Positions 33,644-43,564 of a stretch of DNA of 64,000 nt are shown piece after piece. This DNA is from Candidatus Eiseniibacteriota bacterium (GTDB lineage Bacteria; Eisenbacteria; RBG-16-71-46). Under the pieces are notes generated by a model, which searched no databases, had not been told where the DNA came from, and worked only from the letters and a program-made list of their open reading frames with translations. The stretch is taken from positions 480,001 through 544,000 of the forward strand of contig CAVSAC010000014.1 in NCBI GenBank assembly GCA_963725865.1. The letters run 5' to 3'. Numbering within the stretch: the stretch's first letter is position 1; each line of letters opens with the position of its first letter. Position numbers and translations under genes: made by a program.

Positions 33644-34930
33644 TCACTTCACCTGGAGCACCAGCCGCCACTGGCTGGGCCGCGACGGCACGCAGGTGAA
33701 TCCCGCGAACGCCGCCGGCGGGCCCGCGACGTAGCGCTGCAGGCGCGGCTCCACGTGCATCGCGAGCCGGTGCGGGCCGCAGGGCGCGAGCATCTCGAAC
33801 GGCCGCGGCACACCCATGAACAGCTCGACCGAGTCGCGCGACGCCGGGTGATCGTCGATCCACAGCGTGATCTTGAGATACTCGGGGATGCGCCGCTCGG
33901 AGCGCGCCTCGAGCGTGCCCTTGACCACGCACGCGCAGGTGTCGCTCGCCACCGGCGGCGCTGCGACCGGGGGCGCGGTCGCGCGCGGCGCGGCCACCGG
34001 GGCGCGCGACGGCGCGACCTCCGGCGCCGGGCGCGCGGTCGCGGGCGGACGGTCGGACACCTTCGGCCCCCGCGCCCCGGCCGACGGGAGCGAATCCGCG
34101 CGCGTGGTCCGCGCCTCCGCCGCGAGCGCGCGCAGCGAATCCTCGCGAGCCGTCCGCGCCCGCGCCTGGGCGACGCGCAGCGAATCCTCGCGGGCCCTGC
34201 GCGCGCGCGTGTCGGCCACCCGCAGCGACTCCGCGCGCGCCTTCGCGACGCGCGCCGCCAGCTGCTGCGCGGCCCGCTCGGTCGGCGCGGCCGTCCTGGT
34301 GCGGACGTGCGCCGAGTCCGCGGCGACGTGCGACGCCGGCGGGGTCGGACGCGGCGCGGGCGATCGCGCGGCGTCCGGACGCGCCACCACTTTCACGCCG
34401 GTCACCGGCACGACGACCTCGGCGAGCATCTCGACCGGCGCGTCGCCGACCTCCATGGACACCTGCGCGCCGGTGAAGTCGAGGTCGGCGAACACCACCG
34501 AGACGCTGCGGGCGGTCAGCGCGCCGGCGACCGCGTTCGCGAACGCGGCGTCGGGGGCCCGCACCCGCGCGCGCGCCGGCGGCCCCACGATCTCGATCTC
34601 GAGCCCCGCGGCGCCCTTGCCTCCCGCACGAACGAACGTCCAGCCGGCGCGCACCGGCGCCAACCGCAACGCGAGCGGAGTGCGCGCGAGCTCGTCGAGG
34701 CTCGGCAGCGGCAGGTAGAGCGCGTAGTTCCCGTGGGCATCGGTAACCGCGCGGGCCGCGCGGGTGCCCCCCGCGGCGACGGTGACGCCGCTCACCGCCC
34801 AGCCATCGGGTCCGGTGACGCGGCCTCGCACGAGCAGGGTGCGGGGCTCCGCGGCGCGGGCCGGCGCCACGGCCATCAACAGGAACGCGCACACGAGCGA
34901 GCGGGCGAACAGGGACGAGTGTGGAGACAT
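33644..34930 (-). CDS. Secreted hypothetical protein: carboxypeptidase-regulatory-like N-terminal domain and Ala/Arg-rich xDSLR repeats
   Basis: Signal peptide, VRGRVTGPDG..VSGVTV...TDAHGNY; RAESLRVA/REDSLRVA/REDSLRAL repeats. Confidence 0.65.
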   Translation of the reverse strand: MSPHSSLFARSLVCAFLLMAVAPARAAEPRTLLVRGRVTGPDGWAVSGVTVAAGGTRAARAVTDAHGNYALYLPLPSLDELARTPLALRLAPVRAGWTFVRAGGKGAAGLEIEIVGPPARARVRAPDAAFANAVAGALTARSVSVVFADLDFTGAQVSMEVGDAPVEMLAEVVVPVTGVKVVARPDAARSPAPRPTPPASHVAADSAHVRTRTAAPTERAAQQLAARVAKARAESLRVADTRARRAREDSLRVAQARARTAREDSLRALAAEARTTRADSLPSAGARGPKVSDRPPATARPAPEVAPSRAPVAAPRATAPPVAAPPVASDTCACVVKGTLEARSERRIPEYLKITLWIDDHPASRDSVELFMGVPRPFEMLAPCGPHRLAMHVEPRLQRYVAGPPAAFAGFTCVPSRPSQWRLVLQVK

Positions 34931-34944
34931 GGCGTGCGCAAGCA

Positions 34945-36981
34945 CTATAGCATCGGCTCGATGGGCGCCCGCAGGCGCTGGAACGCGCGGTCCATCTCCA
35001 CGTGCGTGCCGGTCAGCACCAGGGTGTCGCCGATCCGCAGCTCGAAGCCGGGCTCGAACGCGGTGATCGCCACGCCTCCACGCACGATCGCGATCGCGCG
35101 CGGCCCGCCGGGCCCCGCGAGCCCGAGCGCCTCCAGGGTGGAGCCGACCGCCGGCGAGTGCTGCAGCAGCAGAAAGGTGTCGGTGGTCCCCTCCGCGAGC
35201 AGCGTGTCGAGCTGCGCGATCACGTCCACCGGCAGCTTGCGGCCGCGCAGCAGGCTGTAGCGCTCCTGGCGCAGCAGGCGGATCTGCGCGTGGAGGATGT
35301 TGGTGGGCACGTGGAACTCGCGCAGCACCGCCGTGAAGATCTCGATCGAGGTCTCGAACTCCTCGGGCACCACCTGGTCGGCGCCCGCGGCGTAGAGCCC
35401 GTCGATCTCGTTCACGTAGCGCGTGCGCACGATGATGAACACGTCGCGCGAGATCCCGCGGGCGACGCGGCAGACCTGGCGCGTCGCGGTCGGGTCGCTG
35501 AGGGCCACCACCAGCACGCGCGCCCGCGCCACCCCCGCCTCGCGCAGGATGTCCACCTTGGTCACGTCGCCGGCGAACGCGCGGCTGCCTTCCTGGAGGG
35601 CGTCGCGGAGCGCGAGCGCGTCGAGGTCCACGACCACGTGCTTCACGCGGGTGGCGCGCAGCACGCGCGCGACGTTGTGGCCGTTGAGCCCGAAGCCCGC
35701 GATCACGACGTGATCGGCGAGCGGCGCGGCATGCGGCCCGCCGGCACCGCCGCCGGCCGCGGGTTCGTCCGCAGCGGCGGCCGCGCGTCCGGCGAAACGC
35801 CGCTCGAGCGCGAGCGCCCACTGCGGCGCGCGCGCGATCAGCAGCGGCGCCGCCAGCAGCGAGAACACCGCGCCGGTGAGAAACGCCTGCCCGCCCGCCA
35901 CGCCCAGCAACCCAGCCGCACCGCCCGCCTGGGCGAGCACGAACGAGAACTCGCCGACCTGCGCGAGCACCACGCCGGCCGCGCCCGCGATCCGCCACGG
36001 CATTCCCGTGAGCCGCAGCGCCAGCACCGCGAGGGCGCCCTTGACGACCACCAGCCCCACCGTGCTGGCCGCCAGCACCAGCGGGGAGCCCAGCAGCGCG
36101 CGCGGCTCGAACGACATCCCGATCGCGACGAAGAACACGCTCGCGAGCGTGTCGCGGAACGGCAGCACGTCGCTCGTGATGCGATGCCGCAGATCGCTCT
36201 CCGCGAGCATCAGGCCAGCGAGGAACGCGCCGATCGCCAGCGAGACCCCGGCGAGCGACGCGAGCCAGGCGCTGCCGAGCGCGACGAGCAGCACCGCGAA
36301 CAGGAACGCCTCGCGCGAGGTGCCACGCGCCGCGCGCCCGATCAGCCACGGGATGCCGCGGCGTGCGACGGCGAGCACCGCCACCGCCGCCACCACCAGC
36401 GCGAGCGCCCGGAGCGCGGAATCGAGCCTCAGCACGGGCGTGCTGAGCGTGCCGTTCTGCCAGCGCCCGAGCAGCGGTGTGACGAGCGCGATCGGCAGCA
36501 CCATCAGGTCCTGGAACAGGCACACCCCGGTGGCGGCGCGCCCGTGGGGCGCGTTCAGCTCGACGCGATCGGCGAGGGTCTTCAGGACCACCGCGGTGCT
36601 CGAGATCGAGACCAGCAGCCCGAAGAACACGGCCCGTGCGGGATGCAGACCGAACGCCACGAGCACCGCCGCCACCGCGCCGGTCGTGAGCACCGCCTGC
36701 AGCGCGCCCCCGACCAGCGCCGCGCGACCGAGGCGGCGCAGGTCGGCGAGCGAGAATTCGAGCCCGACCGTGAACAGCAGCAGCACCACGCCGAGGTCGG
36801 CCAGCGTGTGCACCAGCCGCTCGTCGCGGACCAGCCCGAACCCGCCCGGGCCGATCAGGATGCCCGTGACGATGAACCCGATCAGCGCTGGAACCCGCAG
36901 CCGCTGGAACAGCAGCAGCACCGCGAGCGAGGCGCCGGCCAGCAGCAGCAGCTCGCGCAGCACCGGAAGGTCGTGAGTCAT
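34945..36981 (-). CDS. CPA2/Kef-type cation:proton antiporter with TrkA-N and TrkA-C domains
   Basis: GVVLLLFTVGLEFS, SSTAVVLK, LFQDL, LAQVGEFSFVL, HVVIAGFGLNG. Confidence 0.93.
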   Translation of the reverse strand: MTHDLPVLRELLLLAGASLAVLLLFQRLRVPALIGFIVTGILIGPGGFGLVRDERLVHTLADLGVVLLLFTVGLEFSLADLRRLGRAALVGGALQAVLTTGAVAAVLVAFGLHPARAVFFGLLVSISSTAVVLKTLADRVELNAPHGRAATGVCLFQDLMVLPIALVTPLLGRWQNGTLSTPVLRLDSALRALALVVAAVAVLAVARRGIPWLIGRAARGTSREAFLFAVLLVALGSAWLASLAGVSLAIGAFLAGLMLAESDLRHRITSDVLPFRDTLASVFFVAIGMSFEPRALLGSPLVLAASTVGLVVVKGALAVLALRLTGMPWRIAGAAGVVLAQVGEFSFVLAQAGGAAGLLGVAGGQAFLTGAVFSLLAAPLLIARAPQWALALERRFAGRAAAAADEPAAGGGAGGPHAAPLADHVVIAGFGLNGHNVARVLRATRVKHVVVDLDALALRDALQEGSRAFAGDVTKVDILREAGVARARVLVVALSDPTATRQVCRVARGISRDVFIIVRTRYVNEIDGLYAAGADQVVPEEFETSIEIFTAVLREFHVPTNILHAQIRLLRQERYSLLRGRKLPVDVIAQLDTLLAEGTTDTFLLLQHSPAVGSTLEALGLAGPGGPRAIAIVRGGVAITAFEPGFELRIGDTLVLTGTHVEMDRAFQRLRAPIEPML

Positions 36982-37074
36982 GGCGTGCCGCAGCATATCC
37001 CCGAGCCGACATCGCAAGCGAGCCGCCCGCGGCCGAAGGGATAGAGCCGCGCGAACGGCACGCTCTCGAGCTCC

Positions 37075-37223
37075 GCGGGGGTGGGTGCCGGCGGCTCAGC
37101 AGGAAGCGATCGTGAGCCGCGGCGCGGCAGGATGCCGCGCCGCGCGCGAACGCAGCGAAGTCGAGGGCAGGATGCCCGAGACGAAGCGACGCTTCCGGAA
37201 GAGCCGCCGGCACCCACCCCCGC
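37075..37223. repeat. 149-bp palindromic element with perfect 23-bp terminal inverted repeats and two CAGGATG hairpins
   Basis: GCGGGGGTGGGTGCCGGCGGCTC (37075-37097) is the exact reverse complement of 37201-37223. Confidence 0.85.
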
Positions 37224-37320
37224 CGCCCGCTCGTGCACGAGCCGCGCCAGCTCGTGCACGAGCCGCGCCCGCTCGAGCACCCGCCCGTTCACCCGCGCCC
37301 AAGCGCCCGTGCACCAGCGG

Positions 37321-38685
37321 CTACTTCGCCAGCTCCTCGTACAGATACGCGCACGACTTCGTCCCGCCATGGAACGACGTCAGCGAGAACTTCTCGTTCG
37401 GCGCGTGGATCTGGTCGTCGGCGAGACCGAAGCCCATCAGGATGCTCGGCAGCCCGTGGGTCTTCTGGAACGTGGTCATCACCGGGATCGAGCCGCCCTC
37501 GCGGATCATCGCCGCCGGCTTGCTCCAGGCGCGGTCGAGCGCGCGCTTGGCCTTGAGCAGCATCGGCTCGTCGTAGGCGGTGATGAACGGCGGGGCGCCG
37601 TGCATGTCGATGACCTTCACCGTCACGCCCGGAGGCGCCACCTGCTTCACGTACGCCGCGTACTTCGGGAACAGCGCGGCGGGGTCCTGGCCCGGCACCA
37701 GGCGGAAGCTCACCTTGGCGGCGGCGAACGAGGGCAGCACGGTCTTGGCGCCCTCGCCGATGTAGCCGCTCCACATGCCGTTCACGTCGCAGGTGGGCCG
37801 GCACCAGATGCGCTCGAGCGTGCTCCAGCCCTTCTCGCCGAATGCCTGGGGGGCACCGCTCTCCTGGATGAAGCCGGCCTCGTCGAAGGGCGCCCGCGCG
37901 ATGACCTTGCGTTCGTCCTCCGACACCGCGAGCACGCCGTCATAGAAGCCCGGCACGCGGATGCGCCCGTCGGCGTCCTTGAGCGCGGCGACGATGGTGG
38001 CGAGTGCGTTGGCGGGGTTCATCACGGAGCCGCCGAACTCGCCCGAGTGCAGGTCGCGCGCCGGACCGGTGACCTCGATCTGCGTGTACATGAGCCCGCG
38101 CAGCGCGTAGCAGAGCGCCGGCTGGTCGGGCCCCAGCATCCCGGTGTCCGAGACCACGATGACGTCGGCGTCGAGCATCTGGCGGTGCTTCACCAGGAAC
38201 TTCTCGAGGTTGTCGCTGCCGACCTCCTCTTCGCCTTCGATCACCATCCGGAGGTTGACCGGCAGGCCGCCGTTCACCTGCATGTGCGCCTCGATCGCGC
38301 TCAGGTGCATGTAGACCTGTCCCTTGTCGTCGCACGCGCCGCGCGCGTAGAGCTTGCCGTCGCGCAACGTCGGCTCGAACGGCGGACTGGTCCATAGCTC
38401 GAGCGGCTCCGGCGGCTGCACGTCGTAGTGCCCGTACAGCAGCACCGTGGGCTTGCCGGGCGCACCCATCCACTCCGCGAACACGACCGGGTGGCCGTCG
38501 GTGGGCATCACCTCGGCGCGCGTCATGCCGATGCGCTTGAGGTGCGCGACCAGGTGCTCGGCGCAACGCAGCATGTCGGGCCGGTGCTCGGCCTTCGCGC
38601 TCACGCTCGGGATCCGCAGCACGGTCTTGAGGTTCTCGAGGAAGCGATCGCGGTTTTGTTCGAGATAGGTATCCAACGCGGACAT
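37321..38685 (-). CDS. M20 family dipeptidase (ArgE/DapE-like)
   Basis: YGHYDVQP, ARGACDDKGQ, EGEEEVGS, DLHSG, GGSIP, HAPNEKF. Confidence 0.94.
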   Translation of the reverse strand: MSALDTYLEQNRDRFLENLKTVLRIPSVSAKAEHRPDMLRCAEHLVAHLKRIGMTRAEVMPTDGHPVVFAEWMGAPGKPTVLLYGHYDVQPPEPLELWTSPPFEPTLRDGKLYARGACDDKGQVYMHLSAIEAHMQVNGGLPVNLRMVIEGEEEVGSDNLEKFLVKHRQMLDADVIVVSDTGMLGPDQPALCYALRGLMYTQIEVTGPARDLHSGEFGGSVMNPANALATIVAALKDADGRIRVPGFYDGVLAVSEDERKVIARAPFDEAGFIQESGAPQAFGEKGWSTLERIWCRPTCDVNGMWSGYIGEGAKTVLPSFAAAKVSFRLVPGQDPAALFPKYAAYVKQVAPPGVTVKVIDMHGAPPFITAYDEPMLLKAKRALDRAWSKPAAMIREGGSIPVMTTFQKTHGLPSILMGFGLADDQIHAPNEKFSLTSFHGGTKSCAYLYEELAK

Positions 38686-38866
38686 GGCTGACTCCGGGAT
38701 GAGAGGTGGAGTGGAACGACGCGCGCGACTCTACCGCCCGGCCGGTGCAGGTGCCAGCACCGGCACCGCGCGGCGCGCGGCGGACCGCGGCGCGGGCTCT
38801 TGTCAGGGCCCGCATCATCTGCCACCATCGCGGCCGCTTCCTTTCCAGACCCCCTGCACGAGGACC

Positions 38867-39076
38867 ATGCACATCCGCATCCTGCGCAACGAGTGCTGCG
38901 GCAATGGCGAGTGCGTCGCCATCGCGCCCGACGTGTTCGCGCTCGACAGCAAGAACAAGGTGGTCGTCCTCGACGCCAATGCCGCCACGCCCGACGTGGT
39001 GCTCGAAGCGGCGGTGGCCTGCCCCTGCCAGGCGATCGTGCTCGAGGACGACGACGGCAAAGCGGTTCATCCCTAG
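38867..39076 (+). CDS. Single-cluster ferredoxin (probably [3Fe-4S])
   Basis: CCGNGECVAIAPDVF...ACPCQAI. Confidence 0.88.
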   Translation: MHIRILRNECCGNGECVAIAPDVFALDSKNKVVVLDANAATPDVVLEAAVACPCQAIVLEDDDGKAVHP

Positions 39077-39095
39077 CCGCGGCGCCGCTTCCCCG

Positions 39096-39497
39096 ATGAC
39101 GGTCGCACTCCACCTCACCCTGCTGCCCGCGCGGTTCGCGGTCTGCCGGCTGGCGCCCGAGGCCCCGATCCCGGCGTGGGTGTTCGCGGCCGACGCGGCA
39201 CTCTGGTCGATCACGCGCACCCGCGCGGAGACCTCGATCGTGGTCGAAGAGGCCGGCGTGCCCCCGAGCGTGGAGGTGGTCGAGCCGGGCTGGCGGGCGC
39301 TGGCGCTGCGCGGGCCGATCCCGTTCGCCACCACCGGGGTGATCGCCGGGCTGGCGGCCCCGCTGGCCGCCGCCGGGGTGCCGGTGTTCGTGCTGTCGAC
39401 CTACGACACCGATCTGATCCTGGTGAAGCAGACCGACTTCGAGCGGGCGGCGGCGGCGTTGCGGAGCGCCGGAGTCACGGTCGCCGATTCCGTCTGA
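39096..39497 (+). CDS. ACT domain protein (CASTOR/ACT_7-like)
   Basis: SITRTRAETSIV...GWRAL...GVIAGLAAPLA..GVPVFVLSTYDTDLILV. Confidence 0.88.
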   Translation: MTVALHLTLLPARFAVCRLAPEAPIPAWVFAADAALWSITRTRAETSIVVEEAGVPPSVEVVEPGWRALALRGPIPFATTGVIAGLAAPLAAAGVPVFVLSTYDTDLILVKQTDFERAAAALRSAGVTVADSV

Positions 39498-39697
39498 AGC
39501 CTCCGCCGGGGCCGGGGGCGGCCCGGCGCGCGGCCGCCGCCCGGGAGTCCCGGAACCACCGGCACCCCAGACTTCCCACGACAGGCCGCCGCGGGCGGGT
39601 TACTCTCCTGAGGCGCCGGACCCCATCCGGCAACCCCACGTCGGGCGCGACCCCGCGCGCCCCGCATCCTCGGACCGTTTCGCCTGCCGGAGGCATC

Positions 39698-40642
39698 ATG
39701 CGTCCCCGCGGCTCGCTCTTCTGCTTCGCCCTGCTCCTCGCGCTCGCGGCGGCGCCCGCGTTCGCGGCGCCCGGTTCCGGCGACCTCTACGTCATCTCGC
39801 AGTCGGCGACCGCTCAGCGCGTGGTGCGCATCGATCCCACCACCGGGGCGCAGCAGCTGGTTTCGGCCAACGGCCTGCTGACGCTGGTCGAGACCATCGC
39901 GCAGGGGCCCGACGGCTATCTCTACGTGCAGAACCCGACCGAGATCATCCGCATCGACCCGTGCAGCGGCGCCCAGAGCCTGCTGGCTCCCAACCTCTCG
40001 ACCGTGACCGGCTTCAACGCCATGGCCGCGCACTCGGACGGCTTCCTCTACTACACGTCCAACGGCGGCGGGGTCGGCAAGGTGGTGCGGCTGGACGTCG
40101 GCAGCGGCGCACAGACGATCGTCTCGAGCGGCGGCCAGTTCGCGACGCTGTACGGGATCGTGGAGGGACCCGATCACGCGCTCTACATCGCCAGCTACAG
40201 CAGCACCGCGACGCCGTGCGTGATCCGCGTCGACCGCAGCTCCGGGGCGCAGACCGTCGTCACCACCTCGCCGCCGGGCCTCAAGCCGTGGGGCGTGACG
40301 TTCGACGTGCGCGACACCCTCTACACCCTCTCGACCGCCGACCGTCGCGTGTTCCGCGTCGACGGCCTGTCGGGCGCGAGCGGGCCGCTGACGTCGCCGG
40401 ACGGCTATCCGGTGTTCTGGCTGGTCGCGCACGCGGACGGCGCGCTCTACTACACTCACGGCAACACGGTGCTGCTGCAGGGCGAGGTGATGCGCGTGGA
40501 CCCGCTCACCGGCGCCACCACGCTGTGCTCGAGCGCCGGCCTGCTGGGCCTCTCCGGATTCAACCTCACGGTCGCGCACGCCGCGTGCGCGACGCCGGCC
40601 GAGCGGCCGACGTGGGGCGAGTTGAAGTCGCGCTACCGTTAG
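39698..40642 (+). CDS. Secreted beta-propeller protein with C-terminal TWGELKSRYR tail
   Basis: Signal peptide; repeated VRIDPxxGAQ and GPDGxLY blades. Confidence 0.8.
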   Translation: MRPRGSLFCFALLLALAAAPAFAAPGSGDLYVISQSATAQRVVRIDPTTGAQQLVSANGLLTLVETIAQGPDGYLYVQNPTEIIRIDPCSGAQSLLAPNLSTVTGFNAMAAHSDGFLYYTSNGGGVGKVVRLDVGSGAQTIVSSGGQFATLYGIVEGPDHALYIASYSSTATPCVIRVDRSSGAQTVVTTSPPGLKPWGVTFDVRDTLYTLSTADRRVFRVDGLSGASGPLTSPDGYPVFWLVAHADGALYYTHGNTVLLQGEVMRVDPLTGATTLCSSAGLLGLSGFNLTVAHAACATPAERPTWGELKSRYR

Positions 40643-40673
40643 GCGCGCGGGGCGCGGCCGGGCCGCGCCCTCC

Positions 40674-41741
40674 TCAACCGCCGCCGCTCGGGGCCGCGAG
40701 CCCCTTGCCGGTGCGCAACTGCTCGAGGATCGACTCCAGCACCGCGCGGCTCGGGCGCACGCGCTCGAGCGGCAGCCGGGCGAGCGGGGTCTCGACCAGT
40801 TGCATCTCCTCGGTGAACGGGCGGCTCGCGGGATCCACGTAGAGCAGCCCGGTCACCAGCCGCCCCTCGCGGCGCGCCTCGTGCAGCGTTTCGATCGCGT
40901 GGTCGCGGTCGGTGGGGTCATAGTCCTCGGCCAGCTTCTTCAGCACGATGTTGGACCCGTCGGGCATGGTGACTTCGCGGCTCTCGCCGGGCGCGTACTC
41001 GACGTGGATGTCCTCGAAGTACGGGACGTAGTCGATGTCGTGCAGCGGCGCGTCGTGCTCCTTCACGTGGGCGTACGACTTGGTCGAGCCCTCGTGGTCG
41101 GCGAACGTGACGCACGGGCTGATCACGTCGAGCACCGCGGTGCCGCGGTGCGCGAACGCGGCCTTGAGCAGCGGCCGCAGCTGCTTCTGGTCGCCCGAGA
41201 ACGAGCGCGCGACGAACGAGCAGCCGAGCTCGATCGCGAGCGCGCACAGGTCGATCGGCATGAGGCGGTTCGCCTCGCCGCCTTTGCGGGTGCTGCCGAT
41301 GTCGGCGGTGGCGGAGAACTGGCCCTTGGTCAGGCCGTACACGCCGTTGTTCTCGACGATGTACACCACCGGCACGTTGCGGCGCACCAGGTGCACGAAG
41401 TGGCCCATGCCGATGCTGGCCGTGTCGCCGTCGCCGGAGACGCCGATGAGCAGCAGGTCGCGCTGCGCGACGTGGACGCCGGTCGCGATGGTGGGCATGC
41501 GCCCGTGCACGGCGTTGAAGCCGTGCGACGTGCCGAGGAAGTAGGCGGGCGTCTTGCTCGAGCAGCCGATGCCCGAGAGCTTCGCGACGCGGTGGGGTTC
41601 GAGCCCGGCCTCGAACGCGGCCTGGATGATCCCCGACGTGATCGCGTTGTGCCCGCAGCCCGGACACAGCGTGGTCTTCGAGCCGTCGTAGTCGGCCCGG
41701 GTCAGCCCGACGCGGTTGCGCGGGACGGTCGGCTCGCTCAT
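40674..41741 (-). CDS. 2-oxoacid:ferredoxin oxidoreductase beta subunit
   Basis: LCPGCGH, GIGCSSK, VHGR, GDGD, NNGVYGLTKGQ. Confidence 0.95.
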   Translation of the reverse strand: MSEPTVPRNRVGLTRADYDGSKTTLCPGCGHNAITSGIIQAAFEAGLEPHRVAKLSGIGCSSKTPAYFLGTSHGFNAVHGRMPTIATGVHVAQRDLLLIGVSGDGDTASIGMGHFVHLVRRNVPVVYIVENNGVYGLTKGQFSATADIGSTRKGGEANRLMPIDLCALAIELGCSFVARSFSGDQKQLRPLLKAAFAHRGTAVLDVISPCVTFADHEGSTKSYAHVKEHDAPLHDIDYVPYFEDIHVEYAPGESREVTMPDGSNIVLKKLAEDYDPTDRDHAIETLHEARREGRLVTGLLYVDPASRPFTEEMQLVETPLARLPLERVRPSRAVLESILEQLRTGKGLAAPSGGG

Positions 41742-43564
41742 CGCACCACTCCTTCCGCGGCCGCGGCCCCGGCCACCGTGCGCCCTTCGGCCCGCAGGAT
41801 CTGTTCGGTCACGCTCGCGGCGTCGATCGGCAGCCCGTCGTAGTGCCGCACCGAGCGCACGCGCGGTGCGTGCGCGCCGGCCTCGAGCGCGACCAGTTGC
41901 GCCATCTGGCCGTCGCGGTTCTGCTCCACCACGTACACGCGCGGGTACTTCGCGAGGAAGGCCGCGAGGTGCGAGGTGAACGGCAGCGCCTTCACCAGCA
42001 GGTAGCCAGTCGGCAGGCCCGCGGCGCGCAGTTGGTCGCGCGCCTCGACCATCGCCCAATGCGTGGACCCCCACGCGATCAGTCCGATCCCGGCGCCCTC
42101 GTCCTCGTCCAGCAGCGGCGGCGGCACCAGCGTGCGCGCGGTCTCCAGCTTCCGCGCGAGCCGGTCCATGACACGCACGTAGGCCTCGGGGCTCTCGGTG
42201 TAGTGCGCCGCCTCGTCGTGGCCCGAGCCGCGCGTGAAGTAGGCGCCTTTGGAGTCCTTCACCCCCGGCAGCGTGCGGAACGGGATCGCGTCGCCGTCGA
42301 CGTCGCGATAGCGCTCGAATTTCGGCAGCGCGGCGAGCTGTTCGTCGGTGAGCACCTTGCCGCGGTCCCACGGGCGCTCCGGATACGCGAACGGCTCGGC
42401 CACCCAGTTGTTCATGCCGAGGTCGAGGTCGGAGAGCACGAACACCGGGGTCTGCAGGCGCTCGGCCAGGTCGAACGCCCGGTACCCGAACTCGAAGCAG
42501 TCCTCGACCGACGACGGCAGCAGCACCGGGTGCCGCGTGTCGCCGTGCGAGAGGCCGTGGACGAACGTCAGGTCGGCCTGCGAGGTGCGCGTCGGCAGGC
42601 CGGTGCTGGGACCGATGCGCTGGATGTCCCACACCACGGCCGGGATCTCGGCGTAGTAGCCGTAGCCGGTGAACTCGGCCATCAGCGAGATGCCGGGGCC
42701 CGACGTGGAGGTCATCGCTCGCGCGCCCGCCCAGCCGGCGCCCAGCACCATGCCGATCGCGGCGATCTCGTCCTCGGCCTGCACGACGGCGTAGGTGGCG
42801 CGGCCCGTCGCGGGGTCGCGCCGATGGCGATCGAGGTAGCCCGCGAGCGCCTCGACCAGGCTGGAGGAGGGCGTGATCGGGTACCACGTCACGACCGTCA
42901 CGCCGCCGAACATCGCGCCGAGCGCGGCCGCGGTGTTGCCGTCGACCAGGATCCGGCCCGCGGTGCGGTCCATGCGCTCGAGCACGTAGGGATCGCGCTT
43001 CGGCAGGTTCGCCTGCGACCACTCCCAGCCCGCGCGCACCGCGGCGTGGTTGAGCGCGATCGCCTTGGGCTTGCCCCCGAGCGCGGCGTCGAGCGCGCGC
43101 TCGAGCTCCGCCTCCTCGATGCCGAGTTTTTCCGCCAGCACCCCGACGTACACCATGTTCGCCACCAGCCGGCGCAGGCGCACCTCGGTGGTGATGGGCT
43201 CGACCAGTTTCGCGACCGGCACGCGGTACACCGTGCGGTCCGCCGGTGGATCCGGGAGCTGGATCGCGTCGTTGAGCACGATCATCGAGCCCGGCGGCAT
43301 CGCGTTCACGTCGGCGGCGGCGGTCTCGGGGTTCATCACCACGAGGATCTCGTGCTCGCGGCGGCGCGCCACGTAGCCGGCGCGGCTCACGCGGATCGTG
43401 AACCACGTCGGCAGCCCGGCGATGTTCGAGGGGAACAGGTTCTTGCCGCTGACCGGGATGCCCATCTGGAGGATGGCGCGCAGCAGCACGCTGTTCGCGG
43501 TCTGGCTCCCGGAGCCGTTCACGGTGGCGACCTGGATGCTGAAGTCGTTGACGACGCGGTTCAC
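41738..43564 (-). CDS. 2-oxoacid:ferredoxin oxidoreductase alpha subunit
   Basis: NGSGSQTAN, WYPITPSS, QAEDEIAA, TSGPGISLM, QRIGPSTGLPT. Confidence 0.95.
   Translation of the reverse strand: MNRVVNDFSIQVATVNGSGSQTANSVLLRAILQMGIPVSGKNLFPSNIAGLPTWFTIRVSRAGYVARRREHEILVVMNPETAAADVNAMPPGSMIVLNDAIQLPDPPADRTVYRVPVAKLVEPITTEVRLRRLVANMVYVGVLAEKLGIEEAELERALDAALGGKPKAIALNHAAVRAGWEWSQANLPKRDPYVLERMDRTAGRILVDGNTAAALGAMFGGVTVVTWYPITPSSSLVEALAGYLDRHRRDPATGRATYAVVQAEDEIAAIGMVLGAGWAGARAMTSTSGPGISLMAEFTGYGYYAEIPAVVWDIQRIGPSTGLPTRTSQADLTFVHGLSHGDTRHPVLLPSSVEDCFEFGYRAFDLAERLQTPVFVLSDLDLGMNNWVAEPFAYPERPWDRGKVLTDEQLAALPKFERYRDVDGDAIPFRTLPGVKDSKGAYFTRGSGHDEAAHYTESPEAYVRVMDRLARKLETARTLVPPPLLDEDEGAGIGLIAWGSTHWAMVEARDQLRAAGLPTGYLLVKALPFTSHLAAFLAKYPRVYVVEQNRDGQMAQLVALEAGAHAPRVRSVRHYDGLPIDAASVTEQILRAEGRTVAGAAAAEGVVR

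Noticed and set aside
33644..37213. 1189-aa ORF fusing the Kef region with the downstream gene
   Set aside because: Only the last 428 codons, starting with a signal peptide, look coding; the rest is an alternative frame of the antiporter.
37229..37278. Possible CRISPR array
   Set aside because: Repeats are adjacent with no spacers and there are no cas genes in the window.
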